This document shows positions 17,650-26,268 of a DNA stretch of 64,000 nucleotides, piece after piece. The stretch comes from Flavipsychrobacter sp. (GTDB taxonomy: Bacteria > Bacteroidota > Bacteroidia > Chitinophagales > Chitinophagaceae), in assembly GCA_035299045.1 (NCBI GenBank), contig DATGXJ010000031.1, positions 17,410 through 81,409 on the forward strand, written 5' to 3'. The notes under the pieces are model-generated. The model worked only from the letters and a program-made list of their open reading frames with translations. It was not told where the DNA came from and did not search any database. Position 1 is the stretch's first letter; every line of letters starts with the position of its first letter. Both the position numbers and the translations under genes were made by a program.

Positions 17650-18030
17650 ATGAAAAACCTGCTATTCATTATCATACTGCTATGTGTAGCCATCAGTGGC
17701 TATGCACAAGACTACACCTACTGCAAAGTGATGTATATATACACAGGCAGCGACTTTTTTGCAGTAGACCATAGCGAAACAAAGGAACAGACAGGCAATA
17801 TCTCAATAAGAAAGGAGCATATTATCATAGATGGCAAGCGATACAAGATTAATAAGCAGTTAAAAGAAAATACCTATCGTGCCAAGGGCAGGATAGTCGA
17901 ATACATATATAACTCAAACAAAATGACTGCATTGCACGTGCGCAGGCAAAACACAGATGTATACTATACGCTGAATGGACAGGGCAATAACAATATGTTA
18001 ACCCAAAATACCCAATCTGCGGTATACTAG
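17650..18030 (+). CDS. Hypothetical small secreted protein, last gene of the cluster
   Basis: ORF trimmed to MKNLLFIIILLCVAISGYAQ (ATG at 17650), 19 nt after the stop of the barrel gene. No family recognised. Confidence 0.5.
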   Translation: MKNLLFIIILLCVAISGYAQDYTYCKVMYIYTGSDFFAVDHSETKEQTGNISIRKEHIIIDGKRYKINKQLKENTYRAKGRIVEYIYNSNKMTALHVRRQNTDVYYTLNGQGNNNMLTQNTQSAVY

Positions 18031-18148
18031 TTTCAGCATTCAATGACTATATTTGATGTAACATAATGAGCGATATGAGATGATAATCATATAAACAGCT
18101 ATCACGAGATTTTACCCCATTTTTTATTTTAACGAAAGACACTCTATT

Positions 18149-18523
18149 ATGTTAACGACTATCACTGACTTCCTGCATCAGCGGGTCTATGGTAAGCAGT
18201 ACCAAGACTTGTTTGAGCAGATCAGTAACACCATCACAGGTGAGTACATAGAAGACATGTACTCATACATTGAAAAAAACGGCACCCCTCCATCATTCGA
18301 GGAGATTATGCACAAGGTAAAAGCACTAAGTACAGAGCTGACCATGCGTGCAGAGTGGATACGAGAGAACTACAAAGAAGGGAAAGGTTATCGGTCCATC
18401 AAATTGACCACCGGGTGTAAACGAATCATTAAAAAGGCTGTAGAAGAGTACATGCGACAGGCAAAAAGCGTTCACGCTATCAAGTCGCAAAGAGATGTCA
18501 TGTTGTTAGAAATGGCTATCTGA
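18149..18523 (+). CDS. Hypothetical cytoplasmic protein
   Basis: 124-aa ORF with no signal peptide or TM segment, helical and charged, followed by its own terminator. Confidence 0.5.
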   Translation: MLTTITDFLHQRVYGKQYQDLFEQISNTITGEYIEDMYSYIEKNGTPPSFEEIMHKVKALSTELTMRAEWIRENYKEGKGYRSIKLTTGCKRIIKKAVEEYMRQAKSVHAIKSQRDVMLLEMAI

Positions 18524-18536
18524 ACCTTCTTATACG

Positions 18537-18571
18537 ACAGAGAGCCGTATAAGTACGGCTCTCTGTATTTT
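18537..18571 (+). terminator. Rho-independent terminator
   Basis: 13-bp perfect stem ACAGAGAGCCGTA-TAAG-TACGGCTCTCTGT followed by ATTTT. Confidence 0.65.
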
Positions 18572-18794
18572 CAATTGTTTGTTTGATATGAAAATATCGT
18601 AAACAATGAAAAAAAATCATTCTGGTTGCAAATATACAAAATATTCGCAACAGGTAAAGTATTGCCCTTACCAATACTTAACCTAATGCTAAAACACATG
18701 TAACACCTGAAACACAGCCCAATCCTAATTTCAATGAAATAAAAAACTGAAAAACAAAAAATAATCTACGCTAATTTTTAAAAGACATCCCCAA

Positions 18795-19400
18795 ATGAGA
18801 ACAGGCTATGATGCTAGAGCATCTGTAATAAACGAAGGAACACAAGAAATACAACGTCTTGTGCTGAAGATTACCCAACTGGCGGGCATACGCGGCGAAG
18901 AGTTTATCAAAACCTTCCCTTTTATGCACGACGGGCGCAACTTCAGAATACTGAACAATATCTGCGAAGAGTTGCCACCATACAAAAGAAACTCTTTTCT
19001 GGGTATCAGCTTCAGCTCCTATCACTATATCAACTACATCAAATTCTACAGTACCTACAAATCTTTCCCGCTGAATAAAGGCGATGAAATAATCCTGACT
19101 TTTGAAAACAAGGAATCACTTCGCTTCAGTTTTACATCTCCCGGCAAGAGCATGGGCTACCTGACAACCAATGCCTGTGCCATTGGCGAAATGGAGCTTG
19201 CATACATTGCAGAAAACAGGCTGGCATACTGGAAGCTTTACAACCATGAAAAACAACAATCTGTGATTGGCGGTTTTACCAGACAAGAGTTTAACAAACA
19301 GTACATTTCTGAAAAAAGCGGCAAAGAACTTTTTAAGAAAATGGCTGAAGAAATACTCACATCAAGGCAATTGCTGTTCAACCATAGCAACGCTATATAA
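18795..19400 (+). CDS. Hypothetical cytoplasmic protein
   Basis: 201-aa ORF with no signal peptide and no recognised motif, followed by its own terminator. Confidence 0.5.
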   Translation: MRTGYDARASVINEGTQEIQRLVLKITQLAGIRGEEFIKTFPFMHDGRNFRILNNICEELPPYKRNSFLGISFSSYHYINYIKFYSTYKSFPLNKGDEIILTFENKESLRFSFTSPGKSMGYLTTNACAIGEMELAYIAENRLAYWKLYNHEKQQSVIGGFTRQEFNKQYISEKSGKELFKKMAEEILTSRQLLFNHSNAI

Positions 19401-19435
19401 CACTGCTCACTCTCTCTATATATAACAACCCAACG

Positions 19436-19464
19436 AGAGCCCTTTAGAGGGCTCTTATTTTTTT
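19436..19464 (+). terminator. Rho-independent terminator
   Basis: AGAGCCC-TTTAGA-GGGCTCT hairpin followed by TATTTTTTT. Confidence 0.6.
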
Positions 19465-19542
19465 GTATAACGTCGCGCTTTGTTACAAAATAACAATACC
19501 GCCTGTTTATGCGGTTTTCATCGCTTACCTTTACCGCCTGAT

Positions 19543-20724
19543 ATGTCTATATACACAACAAAAGCGCCGGTTATCATTACCTGCCACAAAAGGCTTGCTC
19601 CTTATCTGGAAGCAGAGGTACGCGAACTGGGCTTTGAAATAGAAGAAACATTTATTACGGGTGTAAAGCTGCATGCAAGCATCAACGAGTGCATAGTACT
19701 GAACCTGAATCTGCGCTGTGCCAGCCAGATACTATACAGCCTGAAGGCTTTTCATGCTACGGATGCCGATGGTATTTATAATGTGGTTAAGAACCTTGCA
19801 TGGGAAAAACTGTTACACGATGGTGGTTATTTTTCTATCACCAGCAATGTGATGAACGAAACCATCAACAACAGCATGTTTGCCAACCTGCGTGTAAAGG
19901 ATGCTATTGTTGACCGCATGCGCGAGAAAACAGGCAATCGCCCTTCTACAGGTGCAGAGCTGAATGGCGCAGTGGTACATCTTTTCTGGAAGAATGAAGA
20001 CGCTGAAATATTCATAGACACATCAGGAGACTCATTGGCAAGACACGGCTACCGTAAAATACCGGGGCGTGCACCTATGCTGGAAGCACTGGCAAGTGCA
20101 TGTATATATGCCAGCCAATGGGATAGAAAGAGTCCGTTCATCAACCCCATGTGTGGTTCGGGCACACTGGCTATAGAAGCTGCGTTGATAGCATCGGACA
20201 CCAGGCCCGGGCTGTTTCGTACCAACTATGCGTTTATGCACCTGATAGGATACGATGAAGAAGTGTACCTACAGGAAATGGAAAAGCTGGATCAAAAAAT
20301 AAAAGAAGTACCGGGGCTGAAGATAATAGCTACAGACCTAAGCAACATAGCCATTACCAATGCCAAAAAGAATGCAATAGCTGCAGGTGTGGCAGATATG
20401 ATAGACTTTGCAGTTTGCGATTTTGCCCAAACCGAAGTGCCACAAGATGCAGCGGGCGTAATGATGGTGAACCCGGAATATGGTGAGCGACTTGGCGAGC
20501 TGGACGAGTTGGAAGCTACCTATGGACGCATTGGCGACTTTATGAAACAACAATGCAAAGGCTATCATGGCTATGTATTTACCGGCAATATGGACCTTGC
20601 CAAAAAAATAGGGCTGAAAGCTAAGCGCCGCATAGAGTTTTACAACGCTACCATAGACTGCCGACTACTGGAATATGAACTATATGCCGGTACCCGCAGA
20701 ACGGATAAAGAGGTAAACGAATAA
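19543..20724 (+). CDS. THUMP-domain class I SAM-dependent RNA methyltransferase (RlmL/RlmK N-terminal-type)
   Basis: ORF trimmed to MSIYTTKAPVIITCHKRLAPYLEAEV (ATG at 19543). THUMP-like N-terminal half, then GYRK..G.APMLEALASA, SAM motif I NPMCGSGTLAIEAA, and an NPEYGERL catalytic (D/N)PPY-type motif. Confidence 0.8.
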   Translation: MSIYTTKAPVIITCHKRLAPYLEAEVRELGFEIEETFITGVKLHASINECIVLNLNLRCASQILYSLKAFHATDADGIYNVVKNLAWEKLLHDGGYFSITSNVMNETINNSMFANLRVKDAIVDRMREKTGNRPSTGAELNGAVVHLFWKNEDAEIFIDTSGDSLARHGYRKIPGRAPMLEALASACIYASQWDRKSPFINPMCGSGTLAIEAALIASDTRPGLFRTNYAFMHLIGYDEEVYLQEMEKLDQKIKEVPGLKIIATDLSNIAITNAKKNAIAAGVADMIDFAVCDFAQTEVPQDAAGVMMVNPEYGERLGELDELEATYGRIGDFMKQQCKGYHGYVFTGNMDLAKKIGLKAKRRIEFYNATIDCRLLEYELYAGTRRTDKEVNE

Positions 20725-20759
20725 TATCTTACATTTATAGAACACAAATACAGGGAACT

Positions 20760-20915
20760 ATGTCATTATTGAACGGCGGAAAGAACAACGCAAAGAAAGG
20801 TGCCAAAGGCGCGAAGCCTACAGCAGCACCCGGTGCAAAATCCTTTGTAAAACCCGGCAAGACTGCCAACATAAGTAAGAAGCCTATAAAAACAGGCGGA
20901 ACACGAGGAAGCTAA
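20760..20915 (+). CDS. Possible small lysine-rich basic protein (51 aa), below the ORF-track cutoff
   Basis: Manual translation gives MSLLNGGKNNAKKGAKGAKPTAAPGAKSFVKPGKTANISKKPIKTGGTRGS. It starts 35 nt after the methyltransferase stop and is followed by a hairpin at 20923-20946. No family recognised. Confidence 0.35.
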   Translation: MSLLNGGKNNAKKGAKGAKPTAAPGAKSFVKPGKTANISKKPIKTGGTRGS

Positions 20916-20922
20916 TAAAAAT

Positions 20923-20946
20923 AAAGCCTGCTAAACAGCAGGCTTT
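20923..20946. terminator. Hairpin shared by convergent genes (overlaps the last codons of the GNAT gene)
   Basis: AAAGCCTGC-TAAACA-GCAGGCTTT. A T-rich tract follows on the minus strand and a weaker one on the plus strand. Confidence 0.45.
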
Positions 20947-21485
20947 ATTAATGAATAGATAGTTTCGTCCCAATATCTGCCATTGTGATAGATATAATCT
21001 TTAAAATAAGCCTCGCGGACAAAGCCTGCTTTTTCTACCACAGCTATTGATGCTGCATTTTCGGGGCGTATAATGGCCTCTATAGAATGCAGGTTCATAA
21101 CATCAAACCCATAGTTGAGCGATGCTATAAAAGCCTCGTAGAGAAAACCTTTGCGACGATAGTCGTGATGCATTACATACCCTATTTCGCCACGATGTGC
21201 ATCCGGTCTGATATTGGGATATCCGATGATGCCCATCAATTTATCTGAACCTTTTTCTGTTATAGCCCAGTTGATACGCTCGTTGCGCTCCGTAAATCCA
21301 CGCATCATATTGATGACACCCATTGCATCGTCAAGCGTTTTGGCAAGCGGGCGTGGTATATATTGCATGGTATCGGCATTGCTGCGTATCTCAAATACTT
21401 CCTGCACATCTCTGTGCTCTACATTGCGTAGTACAAGCCTATACGTTTCCAATACAGGAAAGGGGTTGAAATTTATATTCAACAT
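20931..21485 (-). CDS. GNAT-family N-acetyltransferase (RimJ/RimL-like)
   Basis: ORF trimmed to MLNINFNPFPVLETYRLVLRNVEHRD (ATG at 21485). The L.T.RL.LR start, GEIGYVMHHDYRRKGF and AAS..V.EK.GF are typical of the Acetyltransf_3/RimJ family. Confidence 0.75.
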   Translation of the reverse strand: MLNINFNPFPVLETYRLVLRNVEHRDVQEVFEIRSNADTMQYIPRPLAKTLDDAMGVINMMRGFTERNERINWAITEKGSDKLMGIIGYPNIRPDAHRGEIGYVMHHDYRRKGFLYEAFIASLNYGFDVMNLHSIEAIIRPENAASIAVVEKAGFVREAYFKDYIYHNGRYWDETIYSLIKPAV

Positions 21486-21710
21486 AAAAATTCTGTTTAG
21501 TAAAAGATTAAATAATAAATGAAGCCCCTTGTATGGCGGGCAAAAACCTGCGGAAACTAACAACAACAGCAACAACACGGCATTGCAATATGCAATACTG
21601 GTGTCTGATAATCTTGCGGTGAACGTGCACCGCTGCAAACTGTTGTCATTACATCGGTTTTCATTGTTGTTTATTTACATCTATACTAAAGATAAGAAGA
21701 TTTCAGAAAA

Positions 21711-21938
21711 TTAAGCTTGTTTCTTAGGTGGCAAATCAAAAGCTTGTGCATCATGCTCAAAATGGCCTTTGTGTGCACCATCGCAAAAAGGTTTATTCTT
21801 TGACATACCACATCTGCAAAGACTTACCACTTCCCTGCCCTGCAAGCCATAGGTATTGCCATCTTTATCTACTATTTCAAAATCGCCTTCTATCTTCAGC
21901 GAGCCATTGTTGTTTACAGTAATCTTAGTTGTTGCCAT
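21711..21938 (-). CDS. CDGSH-type iron-sulfur domain protein
   Basis: 75 aa containing CRCGMSKNKPFCDGAH, which fits the C-x-C-x2-S-x3-P-x-CDG-x-H signature. Confidence 0.85.
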   Translation of the reverse strand: MATTKITVNNNGSLKIEGDFEIVDKDGNTYGLQGREVVSLCRCGMSKNKPFCDGAHKGHFEHDAQAFDLPPKKQA

Positions 21939-22005
21939 CAGTTATAATTAGTTTGCTGCGAAAGTAGTTTAAAAATCAGCATACAAAAAAAACAGTATGC
22001 CGCCA

Positions 22006-24120
22006 TTAATCAAACTCACCCGTTACATCTCTTACTTTCACCCCCATTTGGCTGTATATAAATGACAGGATATTGGCATCCTCTTCAAAACTGGACGTAC
22101 TATGTCCCGCATTATTCATTACATAAAGCAATACAGGATTAGACGAAGTAGTATTCTGCTGCAACATTGCAACATACTTATATGAGTGAAAAGGCATTAC
22201 CCTATCGTCACTATCGCCAGTCACTACTAACATAGACGGATATGCTGCTTTAACGACATTGTGAATCGGAGAATACTTATATAAATAACCGAATTCATCC
22301 TTATTGCTACTAACGCCATATTCCTGTTGCCATGCATGACCAATGGTATAATGTTGATACCTGAGCATATCATATACTCCATTCTGCGCTACTGCAACCT
22401 TGCATATATCCGGACGCTGATTTACAACCGCAGCTACAAGCAATCCTCCATTTGAGCCCCCCATGATAGCCAACCTGTCCTTATTTGTATATCCATCTTT
22501 TACAAGATATTCTGCTGCCGCTATAAAGTCATCAAAAACATTCTGCTTCTTTTCACGCATACCTTGTTTATGCCAATCGCTACCATGCTCGCCACCACCA
22601 CGTATACAAGGCACAGCAATCATACCACCGGCCATCATGTGGGTAACGAACTTTCTACTGAAAAACGGTGTCATCAGAGCACCGTAACCACCATAGCCAT
22701 ACAACAATGTAGGTATCTTGCCATTTTTTCTAATTCCCTTTTTATACGCCAGCATGATAGTAACTACTGTACCGTCTTTGGAAGTATAGTGCGCTTTTTT
22801 CACTTCCAATGCATCCGGGTTATATAGTATAACTGTTTTACCCGTAATCTTCAATTTATATTCATTCAGGTCGTACTCATAAATATATGAGGGATGTAAG
22901 TAGGAATAATATTCAAACCGAATGGCGTTTACAGACCAATCGTTCTCGATATAACCCAAAGACCCACCTTCAGGAAAATTCAATGTGGTTATTAGTTTAC
23001 CATTCGTATCAAATACCGCTAAAGAATAATCAAGGTCGTTAATATAAACCGTGATTAGTTTATTACCTGCAAAACACGAATATGTAAGCACGTCTTTATA
23101 CTGTGCAATAACCTCTGCGGCAACATTGGTTTCCTGTTTTTCAAAACTCAATATCTTACCATTGGGTGCATCCAGGTCGGTTTCAACATAAAACTTATTA
23201 TTTCGTAAATCAAGCACCTTAAAATCTGCATCTTTCGACGAAGTGATAAGTGTCTTGAAATCGAATCCTGATTTAATATCTGCCCACAACACTTTGTTAT
23301 ATCCGGCAGTTTTGGCTCTATTATCATAAACAATCAGCACCCTTCCGCTATCAACGATATCAAAATTCAGCAAACATTCTTCGCAGTCCTGATTTTCATA
23401 AACAAGTGTATCATCTGCCTGTGGCGTACCCAGTTTATGATAGTATATACCCGGTGATATATTCTTTGTACCCATTCCGTTTTTAGGCACAGGATACCTG
23501 AGATAAAACACACCATTATCGTACCACTTCAGATTACTAAACTTCACCCACTTCAACACATCATCTTTATCCTTAAACGGATATACATGCTTAAAACGAA
23601 TCTCCTTCCAATCACTGCCGTTATAAGACAACATAAAAGCCAGATTTTCGTCATCTGCAGAAATAGCATACCCTGCTACAGACACATCATCATCCTTAGC
23701 TTTTTTATAATCTCTGGGATCAACCGCCAGTGCAGGTACTTGCCCGTCTTTCTTCTTAATGTACATGGATGCACCCTGATCTGTACCGGCATTCAAAAAA
23801 AACTCAACGTAATACCGCCCTGACTTTACAATCTCTGGCATATTATAGTAGCTGTACATTTTCAGCAAGGGAGTCATTTGATGTTTATTCTCATATTTCA
23901 ACAACAGTGATGATGAAATATCCTGCTGCTTTTCAACCCATTCTTGCACTGCAGGTGAATTTGTCTGCTCCAATGCTCTGTAAGGATCAGCTAATTTGGT
24001 TCCGAAATAATCATCTACTACGTCAGCTTTAGGGAATACGGGATATGATAGCTGCTGTGCATGAGTATTGTAAGAAAAGAGAATGCAGCATAACAAGGTT
24101 TTTATAAGTGTTTTTTGCAT
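22006..24120 (-). CDS. Prolyl oligopeptidase (S9A family), secreted/periplasmic
   Basis: ORF trimmed to MQKTLIKTLLCCILFSYNTHAQ (ATG at 24120). N-terminal YPVFPKADVVDDYFGTKLADPYRALE, a beta-propeller middle, and a catalytic serine motif GGSNGGLLV in the C-terminal alpha/beta hydrolase domain. Confidence 0.85.
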   Translation of the reverse strand: MQKTLIKTLLCCILFSYNTHAQQLSYPVFPKADVVDDYFGTKLADPYRALEQTNSPAVQEWVEKQQDISSSLLLKYENKHQMTPLLKMYSYYNMPEIVKSGRYYVEFFLNAGTDQGASMYIKKKDGQVPALAVDPRDYKKAKDDDVSVAGYAISADDENLAFMLSYNGSDWKEIRFKHVYPFKDKDDVLKWVKFSNLKWYDNGVFYLRYPVPKNGMGTKNISPGIYYHKLGTPQADDTLVYENQDCEECLLNFDIVDSGRVLIVYDNRAKTAGYNKVLWADIKSGFDFKTLITSSKDADFKVLDLRNNKFYVETDLDAPNGKILSFEKQETNVAAEVIAQYKDVLTYSCFAGNKLITVYINDLDYSLAVFDTNGKLITTLNFPEGGSLGYIENDWSVNAIRFEYYSYLHPSYIYEYDLNEYKLKITGKTVILYNPDALEVKKAHYTSKDGTVVTIMLAYKKGIRKNGKIPTLLYGYGGYGALMTPFFSRKFVTHMMAGGMIAVPCIRGGGEHGSDWHKQGMREKKQNVFDDFIAAAEYLVKDGYTNKDRLAIMGGSNGGLLVAAVVNQRPDICKVAVAQNGVYDMLRYQHYTIGHAWQQEYGVSSNKDEFGYLYKYSPIHNVVKAAYPSMLVVTGDSDDRVMPFHSYKYVAMLQQNTTSSNPVLLYVMNNAGHSTSSFEEDANILSFIYSQMGVKVRDVTGEFD

Positions 24121-24191
24121 GGTGCAAGATATAGTAAAGCCTCCTTTATGGGGAGGCTTTAGTAAGGGGTACAACAAGGGGTAACAATTAT

Positions 24192-25184
24192 TTAATATCT
24201 GAGCCTATGGATTCTGAAACCTTCTTTACCCATAATAGGTTTCAAGCCATATTTTGCATAAACGGCATCCCATGTTTGCGTGCTTTCATAGCGGTGCATG
24301 CCCTGCTGTTTGTTATAATGCGTTTCTTTAAACTCCATTATTGGTAGCTTGGTAAGTACATCCGGCTTGTTCGGATCCAGCGCAATTGGTGCAGGCTCGT
24401 AAGTAAGGCTTGCAACCTCATTATTAGGGTCGTTATCTACAATCACTATAACTCTACCGTACGTTTGACCTTGCAATGTACTCTTCCTCAGCCTAACTAT
24501 ACTGATTCTCGGATTTTGCTCTACTGTCATACCGCTCTTTGTAACAAAGAATGAAGACTCGTCTGTCATTACCATATTGCCACCTGTAACAATGATATTC
24601 GAATTTTCTTTCAGGCTGATTGTAGAACCGCCCAGCACCACTGTAGAATTATCTTTTATCACTACACTACCACCACCAATAGTCAGTTTCACCGAAACAT
24701 CTATTACTTCATTTACCAGATCGTCTTTGTAAGTAAACGGTTCGAATATGACTATGTCTCCTACTTTTTCGGCTTTGGCACCATCAAAGAGTATGGCAAA
24801 GTTTGTTTCAACTTTAGATGCTATAGCAGGTGTAGCAGGGTCTTCCTTAGTCGTGTTAATACCAATCACTATAGCTTTATACACACTTTGAGAACCATTG
24901 AATTTTACACCATTCAGCTTAGTGCCATTCAGCCTTATTCCATTCAGCCTGATGGCAGACATATATTTATCTGCAGATACTTCCTTAATCACAAAATCAT
25001 AATCGATGGTAACACCGGGCTCTGTTGTTTTCAGTTGGCCGCTTACTACCTGTGCTTTGTTATCTGTAAAGTCTGCATCGGTAATTGTGGTATTTGTCGT
25101 AGCTGTAGGCACAGCATTGTTTTGTTTGGTACAAGATGCCAGCGATATTGCCGTTACCATCAGGCTATAGAATAGTTTTTTCAT
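24192..25184 (-). CDS. Hypothetical lipoprotein with a short pentapeptide tandem repeat
   Basis: Lipobox in MKKLFYSLMVTAISLASC. Contains IRLNG-IRLNG-TKLNG-VKFNG, encoded by 4 x 15-bp tandem repeats. No family recognised. Confidence 0.6.
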   Translation of the reverse strand: MKKLFYSLMVTAISLASCTKQNNAVPTATTNTTITDADFTDNKAQVVSGQLKTTEPGVTIDYDFVIKEVSADKYMSAIRLNGIRLNGTKLNGVKFNGSQSVYKAIVIGINTTKEDPATPAIASKVETNFAILFDGAKAEKVGDIVIFEPFTYKDDLVNEVIDVSVKLTIGGGSVVIKDNSTVVLGGSTISLKENSNIIVTGGNMVMTDESSFFVTKSGMTVEQNPRISIVRLRKSTLQGQTYGRVIVIVDNDPNNEVASLTYEPAPIALDPNKPDVLTKLPIMEFKETHYNKQQGMHRYESTQTWDAVYAKYGLKPIMGKEGFRIHRLRY

Positions 25185-25517
25185 TGTTTTGTATTTCCTG
25201 TAAATATCTATTACGGGCAGGCAGTGTACATATTACAATTCACGAACGGGCATTTTGGGTTCATAAACGGTTATTTCCACCTGAATACATTGGTTTCCGC
25301 TTCCGTTGATATTTTTTCCGCTTCGCTGAGTATGGTTTGTTTCGGGTAGGCAAAAAGTCGTCACTTTGTGTCGCAAAAGAAAAAACAGGTAACTGAGCGC
25401 TCAATTAAGAAAACCTCGAAAAACACCCCGACACATTGAAAATAAAGCAGCACCGGCGGCAACCGATGCTGAAATTGAAAATCAATTTTTAAAACTAATT
25501 ATCTATAATCTAAAGTA

Positions 25518-26183
25518 ATGAAAAAAACAATTCTTTTATCTGCATTGACAGTATTAGGCATTTTTACGACAGGCAACGAAGCGAAAGCACAGAAAGGATT
25601 TTATGCGGGTGTACAAGGCACACCGGGCATCAGCAGAATGTATAACGCAGATGACCAGGATGATAAAAACATAGAATTGAAAACTACATTCGGCATATCG
25701 TTTGGCGTAGGTGGCGGTTACAACTTCAACAAAAACATGGGCGTAGGTATTGAGGCACTGTATAGCATGCAAGGCCAGCGCTACGATTTGCTGGGGCTGG
25801 AATACCAAAAACGTCTTGACTATGTTAAGATTCCGGTGTACTTCAGCTACAATACAAACCCGGCTAAAAAGGTAATGTTTACAGCAAAAGCAGGTCCGCA
25901 AATTGGCATACTGACAAACTCTGAACTGAATGTAGATACTAAAGGCAAAGACCAGACAGTAGATACAAAAGACCAATACGAAACAGTAACATTTGGTGCT
26001 ATGATAGGTGCAGGTGTACGTGTGAATGTGGCTAAGAACCTATATGTAGATGGTGGCCTGCGTTTTGACGGTGCATTTACAAACGCCGAAGACGAAGATG
26101 CCATTGGCTACCCGGCAGGCCGTGCAACTACCTACAACCTGAATGCAGGCGTAGAAGTGGGTGTTAAATACTTTTTCAATTAA
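25518..26183 (+). CDS. Outer-membrane beta-barrel protein (small porin/OmpA-barrel-like family)
   Basis: 221 aa with a signal peptide ...GNEAKAQ, alternating Gly/aromatic strands (GFYAGVQG, FGISFGVGGGYNF, GVGIEALYSMQG), and a C-terminal aromatic beta-signal VGVKYFFN. Confidence 0.7.
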   Translation: MKKTILLSALTVLGIFTTGNEAKAQKGFYAGVQGTPGISRMYNADDQDDKNIELKTTFGISFGVGGGYNFNKNMGVGIEALYSMQGQRYDLLGLEYQKRLDYVKIPVYFSYNTNPAKKVMFTAKAGPQIGILTNSELNVDTKGKDQTVDTKDQYETVTFGAMIGAGVRVNVAKNLYVDGGLRFDGAFTNAEDEDAIGYPAGRATTYNLNAGVEVGVKYFFN

Positions 26184-26208
26184 TATCGGGGTGATTAAAT
26201 TGAAGGCA

Positions 26209-26239
26209 AACAGGGGCAATGCCCCTGTTTTGTTTATTT
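26209..26239 (+). terminator. Rho-independent terminator
   Basis: CAGGGGC-AAT-GCCCCTG hairpin followed by TTTTGTTTATTT. Confidence 0.65.
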
Positions 26240-26241
26240 AG

Positions 26242-26249
26242 TACTTTTG
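26242..26249 (+). promoter_or_regulatory. -7 promoter box TACTTTTG for the radical SAM gene
   Basis: Exact TAnnTTTG match, 20 nt upstream of the TTG start at 26269. Confidence 0.4.
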
Positions 26250-26268
26250 CGCCACAGAAAAATACATT

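Noticed and set aside
2473-19400. Idea that the accessory block downstream of tRNA-Leu is an integrated genomic island
   Set aside because: I found no integrase, recombinase or mobility gene. I also found no direct repeat of the tRNA 3' end: the only partial GGTTCGATTTC match, near 28055, lies inside the radical SAM gene and is within chance expectation.
25185-25517. 333-bp spacer upstream of the porin-like gene as a possible structured RNA
   Set aside because: There is no exact promoter box, terminator or obvious stable helix. Only a one-mismatch -7 box (TCACTTTG) is present, which is insufficient evidence.
26184-26268. Cobalamin riboswitch ahead of the B12-binding radical SAM gene
   Set aside because: The 85-bp spacer is filled by a terminator hairpin and a -7 box, leaving no room for a ~200-nt B12 element.
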